64,000 nucleotides of DNA from Clostridia bacterium (lineage in GTDB: Bacteria; Bacillota; Clostridia; Oscillospirales; CAG-272). The DNA is taken from assembly GCA_017416185.1 (NCBI GenBank), contig JAFQDF010000035.1, positions 51,521-115,520 of the forward strand, read 5' to 3'. A model generated the notes under the pieces. That model saw only the letters and a list, made by a program, of their open reading frames with translations. It had not been told where the DNA came from and did not search any database. The position numbers were made by a program, and so were the translations under genes. Positions 1 through 7,678 of this stretch are shown one piece after another (position 1 is the first letter of the stretch; each line of letters begins with the position of its first letter).

Positions 1-129
1 ATATTGCATCAGAAATTACCTTGCCCGCAGTAATACGAGCCTTAAGCCGAGAATAGATATTATAGAAGTATATTTATCCGAGAAAGGACACCGTATAGAG
101 CATATTAAGGATGCTTTCGGTGCAGAGGG

Positions 130-996
130 ATGAGGTTATTCGATCTACATTGTGACACTCTTTACGAAATGTATAAGAGAGACTGTCATTTTGATAAAAA
201 TGAGTTAAATATAAGCTTAGAAAAAGCAAAATGCTTTGATGAATACAGACAGGTGCTTGCGGTATGGAGTCAGAACGATCTGACCGAGGAGGAGTGTTAC
301 AGACAGCTTCTTTCGGTATATGAGATTTATAAGCAAAGAATACCGTCGGGTTTTCCCCATATACTTGCAGTTGAGGGCGGCAAGGCTCTGGGAGGCAGGA
401 TAGAAAATCTTAAAAAGCTCTATGAAATGGGCGTACGCTTTCTTACCCTTGTATGGGCAGGTCAGTGTTCGCTCGGCGGTGCTCACGATACCGATATCGG
501 ACTTACCGATTTCGGTTATGAGGTATTAAACGGATGCTTTGAGCTTGGAATAGTACCCGATGTTTCACACGCAAGCGACAAAATGTTTTGGGAAGTGTAT
601 GAGGAGGCAAAAAAACGCGGAAAGCCCTTTGTTGCCACCCATTCCAACTCAAGAAGTGTACATAATCATAGAAGAAACTTGACAGATGAGATGTTCTGTG
701 CTATAAAAGAGGTTCAGGGTGTTGTCGGTATCAGTCTTGAGCCTACACATACGTCATGTGGCGAACCGACCGTAAAGGATATATGCAAGCATATTCTGCA
801 TTATATATCCCTTGGCGGTGAGGACAGCGTTTGTCTCGGGTGCGACCTTGACGGCGTTACCCGTAATATAAAGGAAATTCCCGATATCTCACATCTTCCG
901 AAGCTCTATGAAGCGTTAAGAGCTGAGGGTGTTGATGCGGACAAAATATTTTATAACAATGCAAATAATTTTCTTATAAGGAATGTAAAAATATGA
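130..996 (+). CDS. membrane dipeptidase (peptidase M19) family protein
   Basis: 288-aa ORF. The motifs FDLHCDT, PDVSHAS, ATHSNSR..HRRNLTDE and LGCDLDG fit the renal-dipeptidase/M19 metal-ligand pattern. AGAGGG SD lies upstream. The stop overlaps the thrC start (ATGA). Confidence 0.8.
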   Translation: MRLFDLHCDTLYEMYKRDCHFDKNELNISLEKAKCFDEYRQVLAVWSQNDLTEEECYRQLLSVYEIYKQRIPSGFPHILAVEGGKALGGRIENLKKLYEMGVRFLTLVWAGQCSLGGAHDTDIGLTDFGYEVLNGCFELGIVPDVSHASDKMFWEVYEEAKKRGKPFVATHSNSRSVHNHRRNLTDEMFCAIKEVQGVVGISLEPTHTSCGEPTVKDICKHILHYISLGGEDSVCLGCDLDGVTRNIKEIPDISHLPKLYEALRAEGVDADKIFYNNANNFLIRNVKI

Positions 997-2480
997 AATA
1001 CTACAGTACCAGAAACTTAAATCAAGAGGGCGTATCTGCCGCACAGGCCATCAAGCAGGGTCTTTGTAATGACGGCGGTCTCTTTATGCCCGAGACTATC
1101 CCCTCTCTTACCCTCGACGATATTACAGCTCTCTCAAAGAAGAGCTACGCAGAGAGAGCGGCGTATGTCCTTTCTCTTTTCCTTACAGACTATACCTATG
1201 AGGAGCTTTTATCCGATTGCTCCGAGGCATACGGTGAAGCTCGTTTCAAGGGAGGGGCTGCACCTCTTGCCACACTTAACGACAACACTTCCGTTCTTGA
1301 GCTGTGGCACGGTCCCACAAGCGCATTCAAGGATATGGCGCTTCAGATAATGCCCAGACTCCTTTCCCGCGCTCTTGATAAGACAGGCGAGGAGAGAACC
1401 GCATTCATCCTTGTTGCAACCTCGGGTGACACAGGTAAGGCAGCTCTTGAGGGCTACCGTGACGTAAACAAGGTAAGGATCACCGTATTCTATCCCGTTG
1501 ACGGTGTAAGCCGTGTTCAGAAGCTTCAGATGGCTACCCAGGAAGGCTCAAACGTAGAGGTTTGTGCCGTTATCGGTAACTTTGACGATGCACAGAACGG
1601 TGTTAAGAAGATCTTTTCGGACAAGGGGATGGCAGAAAAGCTCAATGCAAACGGCTATTTCCTCTCCAGCGCTAACTCCATTAACTGGGGCAGACTTGCT
1701 CCCCAGATCGCATACTACGTTTCCGCTTACTGCGACCTTGTAGCCGAGGGTAAGATCAAGATCGGTGACAAGATGAACGTATGCGTTCCCACAGGTAACT
1801 TCGGCAACATCTTTGCCGCTTATATCGCAAAGCGTATGGGTCTGCCCGTAAACAAGTTTATCTGTGCTTCAAACAAGAACTCCATCCTTACAGATTTCTT
1901 AAACGAGGGTACGTACGACCGTAACCGCGATTTCTATACCACAATGTCCCCCTCTATGGATATCCTTATCTCCTCCAACCTTGAGAGACTTCTCTATCTT
2001 GTAGGCGGAAGCGAGCGTACCGCAAGGTATATGAAGGAGCTTTCCGAGAAGGGCGTATATACGGTAGATGCAGATATAAAGGCAGCCCTTGACGCTGAGT
2101 TTGCAGGTTACTTTGCAGACGAGGATGAGTGCGCCGCTACCATAAAGAATACCTTTGCAGAGGGTTATCTCTGTGATACACATACCGCAGTTGCAGTTTG
2201 TGCGGCTAAGAAGTATCAGGCAGAGACAGGGGATAACACCTATACCGTTGTTGCCTCCACCGCCAGCCCCTATAAGTTTGCGGCAGACGTTTATAAGTCC
2301 ATTAAGGACGGCGCAGACTTTGCAGATGACTACGATGCGCTTCCCGCACTTAACACACTTTCCGGTGTTGAGATACCCGAGGGTCTTGCAACTCTTATGT
2401 CAAAGACCGTTCGCTTTGAGAAGGTCATCGAGGCGGCAAAGATGCCCGACGAGGTACTTTCCGAGCTTGGAATTAACTAA
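993..2480 (+). CDS. thrC: threonine synthase (long form)
   Basis: 495-aa ORF. N-terminus MKYYSTR..., PLP-lysine motif SAFKDMALQ and ATSGDTGKAA match long-type threonine synthases. Confidence 0.9.
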   Translation: MKYYSTRNLNQEGVSAAQAIKQGLCNDGGLFMPETIPSLTLDDITALSKKSYAERAAYVLSLFLTDYTYEELLSDCSEAYGEARFKGGAAPLATLNDNTSVLELWHGPTSAFKDMALQIMPRLLSRALDKTGEERTAFILVATSGDTGKAALEGYRDVNKVRITVFYPVDGVSRVQKLQMATQEGSNVEVCAVIGNFDDAQNGVKKIFSDKGMAEKLNANGYFLSSANSINWGRLAPQIAYYVSAYCDLVAEGKIKIGDKMNVCVPTGNFGNIFAAYIAKRMGLPVNKFICASNKNSILTDFLNEGTYDRNRDFYTTMSPSMDILISSNLERLLYLVGGSERTARYMKELSEKGVYTVDADIKAALDAEFAGYFADEDECAATIKNTFAEGYLCDTHTAVAVCAAKKYQAETGDNTYTVVASTASPYKFAADVYKSIKDGADFADDYDALPALNTLSGVEIPEGLATLMSKTVRFEKVIEAAKMPDEVLSELGIN

Positions 2481-2484
2481 GGTA

Positions 2485-2515
2485 GAAAATGCATCTGCGG
2501 ATGCATTTTCTTATT
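2485..2515 (+). terminator. intrinsic terminator after thrC
   Basis: Hairpin GAAAATGCATC-tgcg-GATGCATTTTC (11-bp stem) followed by TTATT. Confidence 0.7.
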
Positions 2516-2757
2516 AGATGAATTGAAACCGAAGGTTTCATGAATTGCCTTCGGCATGAATTGGCTTCGCCATGAATTGAAAGCCGTTGGCTTTCATTAA
2601 GGAAGATTTTTGCCTTAGCAAAAATCAATTTCAATTAAATTGCTTTTCGGCATGTCGAAAAGTTACCTTAATGCACCATCGGTGCAATTCATGACGCATT
2701 AGCGTCAATTCATGATGCGTTAGTATCAATTCATGACAGCTATGCTGTCAATTCATT
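2516..2757. repeat. hairpin-string palindromic element, copy A1 (CATGAATTG / CAATTCATG linkers)
   Basis: Four CATGAATTG linkers each followed by a self-complementary insert. Then CATTAAGG, core hairpin GATTTTTGCC-tta-GCAAAAATC, second hairpin CTTTTCG..CGAAAAG and CCTTAATG. Then four self-complementary inserts each followed by CAATTCATG, the exact reverse complement of the left linker. Confidence 0.9.
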
Positions 2758-2775
2758 TCCGAAAGGAGTTTTCCT

Positions 2776-3480
2776 ATGGCACTTTTTGTTCTTGCCGACA
2801 CCCATCTGTCTATAACCACACATAAGCCGATGGATATTTTCGGATCCCGTTGGAAGGACCATACCGACAGAATAAGACAAGAGTGGGAAGCCGTGGTTTC
2901 TCCCGACGACACCGTGGTGATACCCGGAGATATCTCCTGGGGTATGAATTTTGAGGAGGCGAGAGAGGATTTTCTATTCCTTGACAGCCTTCCGGGGCAT
3001 AAGCTTATATCCAAGGGCAACCACGATTATTGGTGGGCGACAAAGAGTAAGCAGGATGCTTTTTTTGAAAAAGAGGGAATAACCACCATAAGCCAGCTTT
3101 ATAACAACGCTTATAAAGTAGATGAATATATGGTCTGCGGCTCCAGAGGCTGGTATAACGATGACCATAACGCACCCAAGGATTCCGACTATCAGAAGAT
3201 AGTCAACCGAGAGGTTGGACGTATGGAGCTGAGCATCAAGGCGGCAAACGATATTGACCCCAAACTTGAAAAGCTGATGTTTCTGCATTTTCCCCCTGTG
3301 TTCGGGGATTACGTATGCGAGGAGATAGTGGACTGTCTTGTGAGCAACGGTATCCGCCGCTGCTATTACGGTCATATCCACGGAAAATATTCCTGTCCTC
3401 CTGTTACAAGCTACAGAGGTATAGATTTTTATATCATTTCGGCGGACTATCTTGATTTCAAACCGATGTTAATTGATTAA
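2776..3480 (+). CDS. metallophosphoesterase (calcineurin-like phosphoesterase) family protein
   Basis: 234-aa ORF with LADTHL, GDISWG, GNHDYWW and GHIHG metal-binding motifs. GAAAGGAG SD lies 7 nt upstream. Confidence 0.8.
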   Translation: MALFVLADTHLSITTHKPMDIFGSRWKDHTDRIRQEWEAVVSPDDTVVIPGDISWGMNFEEAREDFLFLDSLPGHKLISKGNHDYWWATKSKQDAFFEKEGITTISQLYNNAYKVDEYMVCGSRGWYNDDHNAPKDSDYQKIVNREVGRMELSIKAANDIDPKLEKLMFLHFPPVFGDYVCEEIVDCLVSNGIRRCYYGHIHGKYSCPPVTSYRGIDFYIISADYLDFKPMLID

Positions 3481-3506
3481 CAAATTGAAAATTTTACATA
3501 TTTTAC

Positions 3507-3534
3507 TTGACTTTACATTATAAATAAGTACAAT
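3507..3534 (+). promoter_or_regulatory. candidate sigma-A promoter of tig
   Basis: TTGACT - 16 nt - TACAAT, about 45 nt upstream of the tig start. Confidence 0.5.
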
Positions 3535-3578
3535 AGACGTGTTACAAAGTTTTAAGAGATGAAAGGACATTGAAAACA

Positions 3579-4994
3579 ATGGTAAAAGTAAACAACATTG
3601 AGACCAACAAGGTAGAATTAGAGTTTACTATTGATAAGGAGAGCTTCGACAAGGCGTGTATGGCCGCATATAAGAAGCAGGTAGGTAAGATCCAGATCCC
3701 CGGTTTCCGTAAGGGTAAGGCTCCCAAGTCTATGATCGAAAAGATGTATGGTAAGGGCGTATTCTATGAAGATGCATTAAACGATCTTCTTCCCGATGCA
3801 GTTGAGGCTGCAGTTAAGGAGGCAGACATCAAGGTTGTCAGCGCTCCCGAGTATGATATTGATACAATCGACGAAAACGGCGTTGTAGTTAAGGCTAAGT
3901 TCTTTGTATATCCCGCAGTTGAGCTTAAGGAGTACAAGGGTCTCAAGGCTGAGCGCAACGTAAAGAACGTTACCGCAACTGAGGTAAACGAAGAAGTTAA
4001 GAGAGTTCAGCAGAGAAATGCAAGAACTATCGACGTAACCGACAGAGCGGCTAAGAAGAACGATACAGTCAACATCGACTATGCAGGTTCTGTTGACGGC
4101 GTTCTCTTTGACGGCGGCTCCGCACAGGGTCACGATCTCAAGCTCGGATCCGGCCAGTTTATCCCCGGCTTTGAGGATCAGATCATCGGTCATAAGATCG
4201 GTGAGGAGTTCAACGTAGAGGTAACCTTCCCCGAAGAGTACCACGCAGCTGATCTTGCAGGCAAGGCGGCAGTATTTGCTACCAAGATCAATGCTATCAA
4301 GTATGAGGAGCTTCCCAAGCTTGACGATGAGTTCGCAAAGGATGTTTCCGAATTTGACACACTTGCTGAATATAAGGCAGACGTTAAGGCAAAACTCACA
4401 GAGAGAAACGAGAAGGCCGCTGACGCTGAGGTAAACGAAAAGCTTATGGAGGCTCTCAGAGAGAACCTTGTAGCTGAGATCCCCGCTCCTATGGTAGAGC
4501 GTGAGGCTGAGAATATGGTTCGTGACTACGATACCAGACTTCGTATGCAGGGTCTTGACCTTGCTACCTACTTCAAGTATACAGGTCAGAACCTTGAGTC
4601 TCTGCGCACTCAGTTTATGCCTGAGGCAGAGAAGCAGGTTAAGACCAGACTTGCTCTTGAGAAGATCGCAGAGGTAGAAGCACTTGAGGCTACCGAGGAC
4701 GAGATCAATGAAGAGTTTGACAAGCTTTCCAAGGCTTACGGTGTTGAGGTAGAAAAGGTTCGTGAGCTTGTTGAGGATTCTGCAGTTGCAGACGATATCA
4801 AGGTAAACAAGGCGTTCGAGCTTGTTCGTGCAGAGGCTAAGATCACAAAGAAGAAGGCTGCAGCTAAGAAGACCGAGGCTAAGGCTGAAGGTGAGGAGAA
4901 GGCTGAAGGCGAGGAAAAGCCCGCAGCTAAGAAGACAACTGCCAAGAAGACAACTACAAAGAAGGCAGCTGAAAAGAAGACCGAAGATAAATAA
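3579..4994 (+). CDS. tig: trigger factor with Lys/Ala/Glu-rich C-terminal tail
   Basis: MVKVNNIETNKVELEFTI... matches trigger-factor N-termini, and the FKBP-type segment GFRKGKAP / FIPGFEDQIIGH is present. ATG at 3579 is preferred over the in-frame TTG at 3570 used by the ORF track. Confidence 0.9.
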   Translation: MVKVNNIETNKVELEFTIDKESFDKACMAAYKKQVGKIQIPGFRKGKAPKSMIEKMYGKGVFYEDALNDLLPDAVEAAVKEADIKVVSAPEYDIDTIDENGVVVKAKFFVYPAVELKEYKGLKAERNVKNVTATEVNEEVKRVQQRNARTIDVTDRAAKKNDTVNIDYAGSVDGVLFDGGSAQGHDLKLGSGQFIPGFEDQIIGHKIGEEFNVEVTFPEEYHAADLAGKAAVFATKINAIKYEELPKLDDEFAKDVSEFDTLAEYKADVKAKLTERNEKAADAEVNEKLMEALRENLVAEIPAPMVEREAENMVRDYDTRLRMQGLDLATYFKYTGQNLESLRTQFMPEAEKQVKTRLALEKIAEVEALEATEDEINEEFDKLSKAYGVEVEKVRELVEDSAVADDIKVNKAFELVRAEAKITKKKAAAKKTEAKAEGEEKAEGEEKPAAKKTTAKKTTTKKAAEKKTEDK

Positions 4995-5001
4995 TCACTT
5001 C

Positions 5002-5038
5002 AATCACTTGCATCTTTGGTGCAAGTGATTGTTCTCTA
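5002..5038 (+). terminator. hairpin between tig and clpP (possible partial terminator or processing site)
   Basis: AATCACTTGCA-tctttgg-TGCAAGTGATT (11-bp stem) followed by the weak U-tract GTTCTCTAT. Confidence 0.4.
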
Positions 5039-5069
5039 TACCAATAATTATTACAGGAGGAAAAATATT

Positions 5070-5654
5070 ATGGCATTAGTACCAACCGTTATTGAACAGA
5101 CAAACAGAGGCGAGAGAGCATACGATATATACTCCAGACTCTTAAACGACCGTATCATTTTTCTTGCAGACGAGGTAAACGACGTGACTGCATCCCTTGT
5201 TGTGGCACAGCTTCTTTTCCTTGAGGCTCAGGATCCCGACAAGGATATCTGTATGTACATCAACAGCCCCGGAGGAAGCGTGTCCGCAGGTATGGCTATC
5301 TATGACACGATGAACTACATCAAGTGTGACGTATCCACCGTATGTATCGGTATGGCGGCAAGTATGGGCGCGTTCCTGCTTTCATCAGGTGCCAAGGGCA
5401 AGCGTATCGCACTTCCCAACAGCGAGATAATGATCCATCAGCCTTTAGGCGGTATGCAGGGTCAGGCATCTGACATCAAGATCCACGCAGACCACATTCT
5501 GCGCACCAAGGCTAAGCTCAACGAGATCCTTGCACTTAACACAGGCAAGCCTCTTGAGGTGATCGAGCGCGATACTGACCGTGACAACTTCTTAACTGCT
5601 CAGCAGGCTATGGAATACGGTCTTATAGACAAAGTTTTTGATAAGAGAGCGTAA
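5070..5654 (+). CDS. clpP: ATP-dependent Clp protease proteolytic subunit
   Basis: [25 protein letters not shown]... is a canonical ClpP N-terminus, with catalytic-Ser context [15 protein letters not shown] lies 8 nt before the ATG at 5070. The ORF-track start at 5016 is an upstream extension. Confidence 0.95.
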   Translation: MALVPTVIEQTNRGERAYDIYSRLLNDRIIFLADEVNDVTASLVVAQLLFLEAQDPDKDICMYINSPGGSVSAGMAIYDTMNYIKCDVSTVCIGMAASMGAFLLSSGAKGKRIALPNSEIMIHQPLGGMQGQASDIKIHADHILRTKAKLNEILALNTGKPLEVIERDTDRDNFLTAQQAMEYGLIDKVFDKRA

Positions 5655-5660
5655 TTTTTA

Positions 5661-6920
5661 ATGGCAAACGAAAGCAATACAAACAATCAGAGCTACCGTT
5701 GCTCCTTCTGCGGCAGAGCAGAAAAGGACGTTATGTTCCTTATTCCTTCTCCCGTAGCTAAGGGTACCTTCATCTGCAACGATTGTGTGGATGCCTGTAT
5801 GGAGCTTTTAGGGGACTATGCTCCCGAGGCAGTAAGAACGGCAGGCGGCGGTAAGCTCACGTACGAGACTCTTCCCAAGCCTACAGAGATAAAGGCGACC
5901 CTTGACGAGTATGTTATAGGTCAGGACGGAGCAAAGAAGGCTCTGTCGGTTGCTGTATATAATCACTATAAGCGCATACTTTCCAAGGATAAAAAGAATG
6001 ATGACGACGTAGAGATCCAGAAAAGCAACGTTCTGCTGCTTGGTCCTACAAGCGTTGGTAAAACGTTTCTTGCCCAGAGTCTGGCAAAGACCCTGCAGGT
6101 TCCCTTTGCCATAGCGGATGCCACTACTCTTACCGAGGCAGGCTACGTAGGTGAGGACGTTGAGAATATTCTGCTTCGTCTTATTCAGGCGGCTGATTTT
6201 GACATCGAGCTTGCCGAGAAGGGAATAATCTATATCGACGAGATCGACAAGATATCCAGACGAAGCGAAAACCGCTCCATCACCCGTGACGTATCGGGCG
6301 AGGGCGTACAGCAGGCGCTTTTAAAGATACTTGAGGGAACTGTTTCCAACGTACCTCCTCAGGGCGGTCGTAAGCATCCCAATCAGGATTTTATACAGAT
6401 CAATACCGAGAATATCCTCTTTATCTGCGGCGGTGCTTTTGACGGTATCTCCGAGATAATAGAGAAGCGTAAGGGCAGCGGCTCTATGGGCTTTGGCGGC
6501 GAGGTGAAGACCAAGCAGGATAAGCAGCAGACCGCAATATACAAGGACGTACAGCCCCACGATATTATGAAATACGGACTTATCCCCGAGCTTGTGGGAC
6601 GTCTGCCCCTCATAGTCGGACTTGAGGGACTTGACCGTGACGCTCTTGTGCGTATCTTAAGAGAGCCCAAAAACTCGCTTATCAAGCAGTACAAGAAGCT
6701 CTTCGGTATGGATAATATGGATATCGAGTTTACCGACGATGCTCTCTATAAGGTGGCAGACCTTGCTATCGAGAGAAATATCGGTGCAAGAGGACTTCGC
6801 TCCATAATGGAGGAGATGATGCTCGACCTTATGTACGAGCTGCCTTCAAAGACCGACGTAACCAAGGTGACGGTGAACGCTGACGTGGTTACCGGTGAGG
6901 GGAAACCCACCGTAGAATAA
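5661..6920 (+). CDS. clpX: ATP-dependent Clp protease ATP-binding subunit ClpX
   Basis: N-terminal zinc-binding CSFCG..CNDC, Walker A GPTSVGKT and Walker [10 protein letters not shown]. Confidence 0.95.
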   Translation: MANESNTNNQSYRCSFCGRAEKDVMFLIPSPVAKGTFICNDCVDACMELLGDYAPEAVRTAGGGKLTYETLPKPTEIKATLDEYVIGQDGAKKALSVAVYNHYKRILSKDKKNDDDVEIQKSNVLLLGPTSVGKTFLAQSLAKTLQVPFAIADATTLTEAGYVGEDVENILLRLIQAADFDIELAEKGIIYIDEIDKISRRSENRSITRDVSGEGVQQALLKILEGTVSNVPPQGGRKHPNQDFIQINTENILFICGGAFDGISEIIEKRKGSGSMGFGGEVKTKQDKQQTAIYKDVQPHDIMKYGLIPELVGRLPLIVGLEGLDRDALVRILREPKNSLIKQYKKLFGMDNMDIEFTDDALYKVADLAIERNIGARGLRSIMEEMMLDLMYELPSKTDVTKVTVNADVVTGEGKPTVE

Positions 6921-7086
6921 ATGCGGAATGCGGAGTGCGGAATGCAGAATTAATGATAAAATCGGTGTTCCGAAGAACACCGATTTTTTCGTCTTATTAT
7001 AATATGTCTTATATATAATATAATGGAATTTTTGACACCTAAGTGTCAAAAATCACCATAATTTTGCATTTTACATTTTGCATTCA
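6919..7086. repeat. 7-mer-armed palindromic element, copy D (AATGCGG... / ...TTGCATT arms)
   Basis: The left arm AATGCGG AATGCGG AGTGCGG AATGCAG AAT starts in the clpX stop codon. It is followed by the clpX terminator, an AT-rich spacer, core hairpin ATTTTTGACAC-ctaa-GTGTCAAAAAT, and then CACCATAATT TTGCATT TTACATT TTGCATT. Confidence 0.8.
6958..6990 (+). terminator. intrinsic terminator after clpX
   Basis: AAAATCGGTGTTC-cgaa-GAACACCGATTTT followed by TTC. The A-tract/U-tract form makes it potentially bidirectional. Confidence 0.8.
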
Positions 7087-7581
7087 CCATTGGTACTGCG
7101 TCAGTTGTCCCTGCTCACAAAGACCTTCAAATCCTCTTTGTCTGAACGTCTCGTATACCGCTATGGCTACCGTGTTTGAAAGATTTAAGCTGCGGAGATT
7201 TTCACGCATAGGCATACGGACGCATCTTTCTCGGTTGTGATACAGCAGATCCTCGGGCAAGCCTTTCGTCTCCTTGCCGAAAACCAAAAAGACCCTCTCG
7301 GGATATTTAACGTCGCTGTAGCACTGAGGAGCCTTGGTGGTAAAATAGTAAAATTCCTCTCCCTTGTTGCGTTCAAAGAAATCGTTTATGTCTTTATAAT
7401 AGGTAATATCAAGCTCGTGCCAGTAATCAAGTCCCGCACGCTTGAGCTTTCGGTCGTCTACCTTAAAGCCCATAGGCTCTACAAGGTGCAGGGAAGCGCC
7501 TGTTGCGGCACAGGTTCTGGCGATATTTCCGGTATTTTGGGGGATCTCGGGTTCAATTAATACAATATTGATGTTGCTCAT
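7084..7581 (-). CDS. trmL: tRNA (cytidine/uridine-2'-O)-methyltransferase TrmL (SpoU family)
   Basis: 165-aa ORF. IVLIEPEIPQNTGNIARTCAATG and LNLSNTVAIAVYE are SPOUT/TrmL motifs. Confidence 0.9.
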   Translation of the reverse strand: MSNINIVLIEPEIPQNTGNIARTCAATGASLHLVEPMGFKVDDRKLKRAGLDYWHELDITYYKDINDFFERNKGEEFYYFTTKAPQCYSDVKYPERVFLVFGKETKGLPEDLLYHNRERCVRMPMRENLRSLNLSNTVAIAVYETFRQRGFEGLCEQGQLTQYQW

Positions 7582-7634
7582 AGTTTCACCTCACGTATAT
7601 CTTAACACTAAAAGGCAGAAATATCAAGTAAGGG

Positions 7635-7663
7635 TTTACATTTTTGTTTGTTTGTGATATAAT
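7635..7663 (+). promoter_or_regulatory. candidate extended -10 promoter upstream of secA
   Basis: TTTACA - 17 nt - TGaTATAAT. The -10 box ends only 15 nt before the annotated ATG. Confidence 0.5.
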
Positions 7664-7678
7664 AATTAAATATTAATT

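Noticed and set aside
1-56. 3' end of an upstream plus-strand CDS (...IASEITLPAVIRALSRE*).
   Set aside because: Only 17 codons are visible. That is too short to identify or even to confirm as coding.
2516-2757. CRISPR-array interpretation of the CATGAATTG repeats (and of the similar arrays at 53306, 62125 and 63465).
   Set aside because: The repeats are only 7-9 nt and the spacers only 7-25 nt. The second half of each array is the inverted complement of the first. The spacers are themselves palindromic. No cas genes are present.
5016-5069. N-terminal extensions proposed by the ORF track for clpP. The same applies to rpe 16486-16521, hemZ 26992-27024, uvrC 42275-42352, yabQ 31776-31838, the LRR gene 35291-35314 and lipoprotein 46900-46935.
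   Set aside because: Internal ATGs have better SD spacing, match family N-termini or signal peptides, and avoid running through terminators or upstream genes.
7043-7240. 65-aa ORF, together with the similar ORFs at 53316..53504 (62 aa), 63463..63681 (72 aa) and 2155..2517 (120 aa).
   Set aside because: The first three are translated largely from the repeat elements, with no SD. The fourth is out-of-frame inside thrC and ends at the edge of element A1. Their composition simply reflects the underlying sequence.
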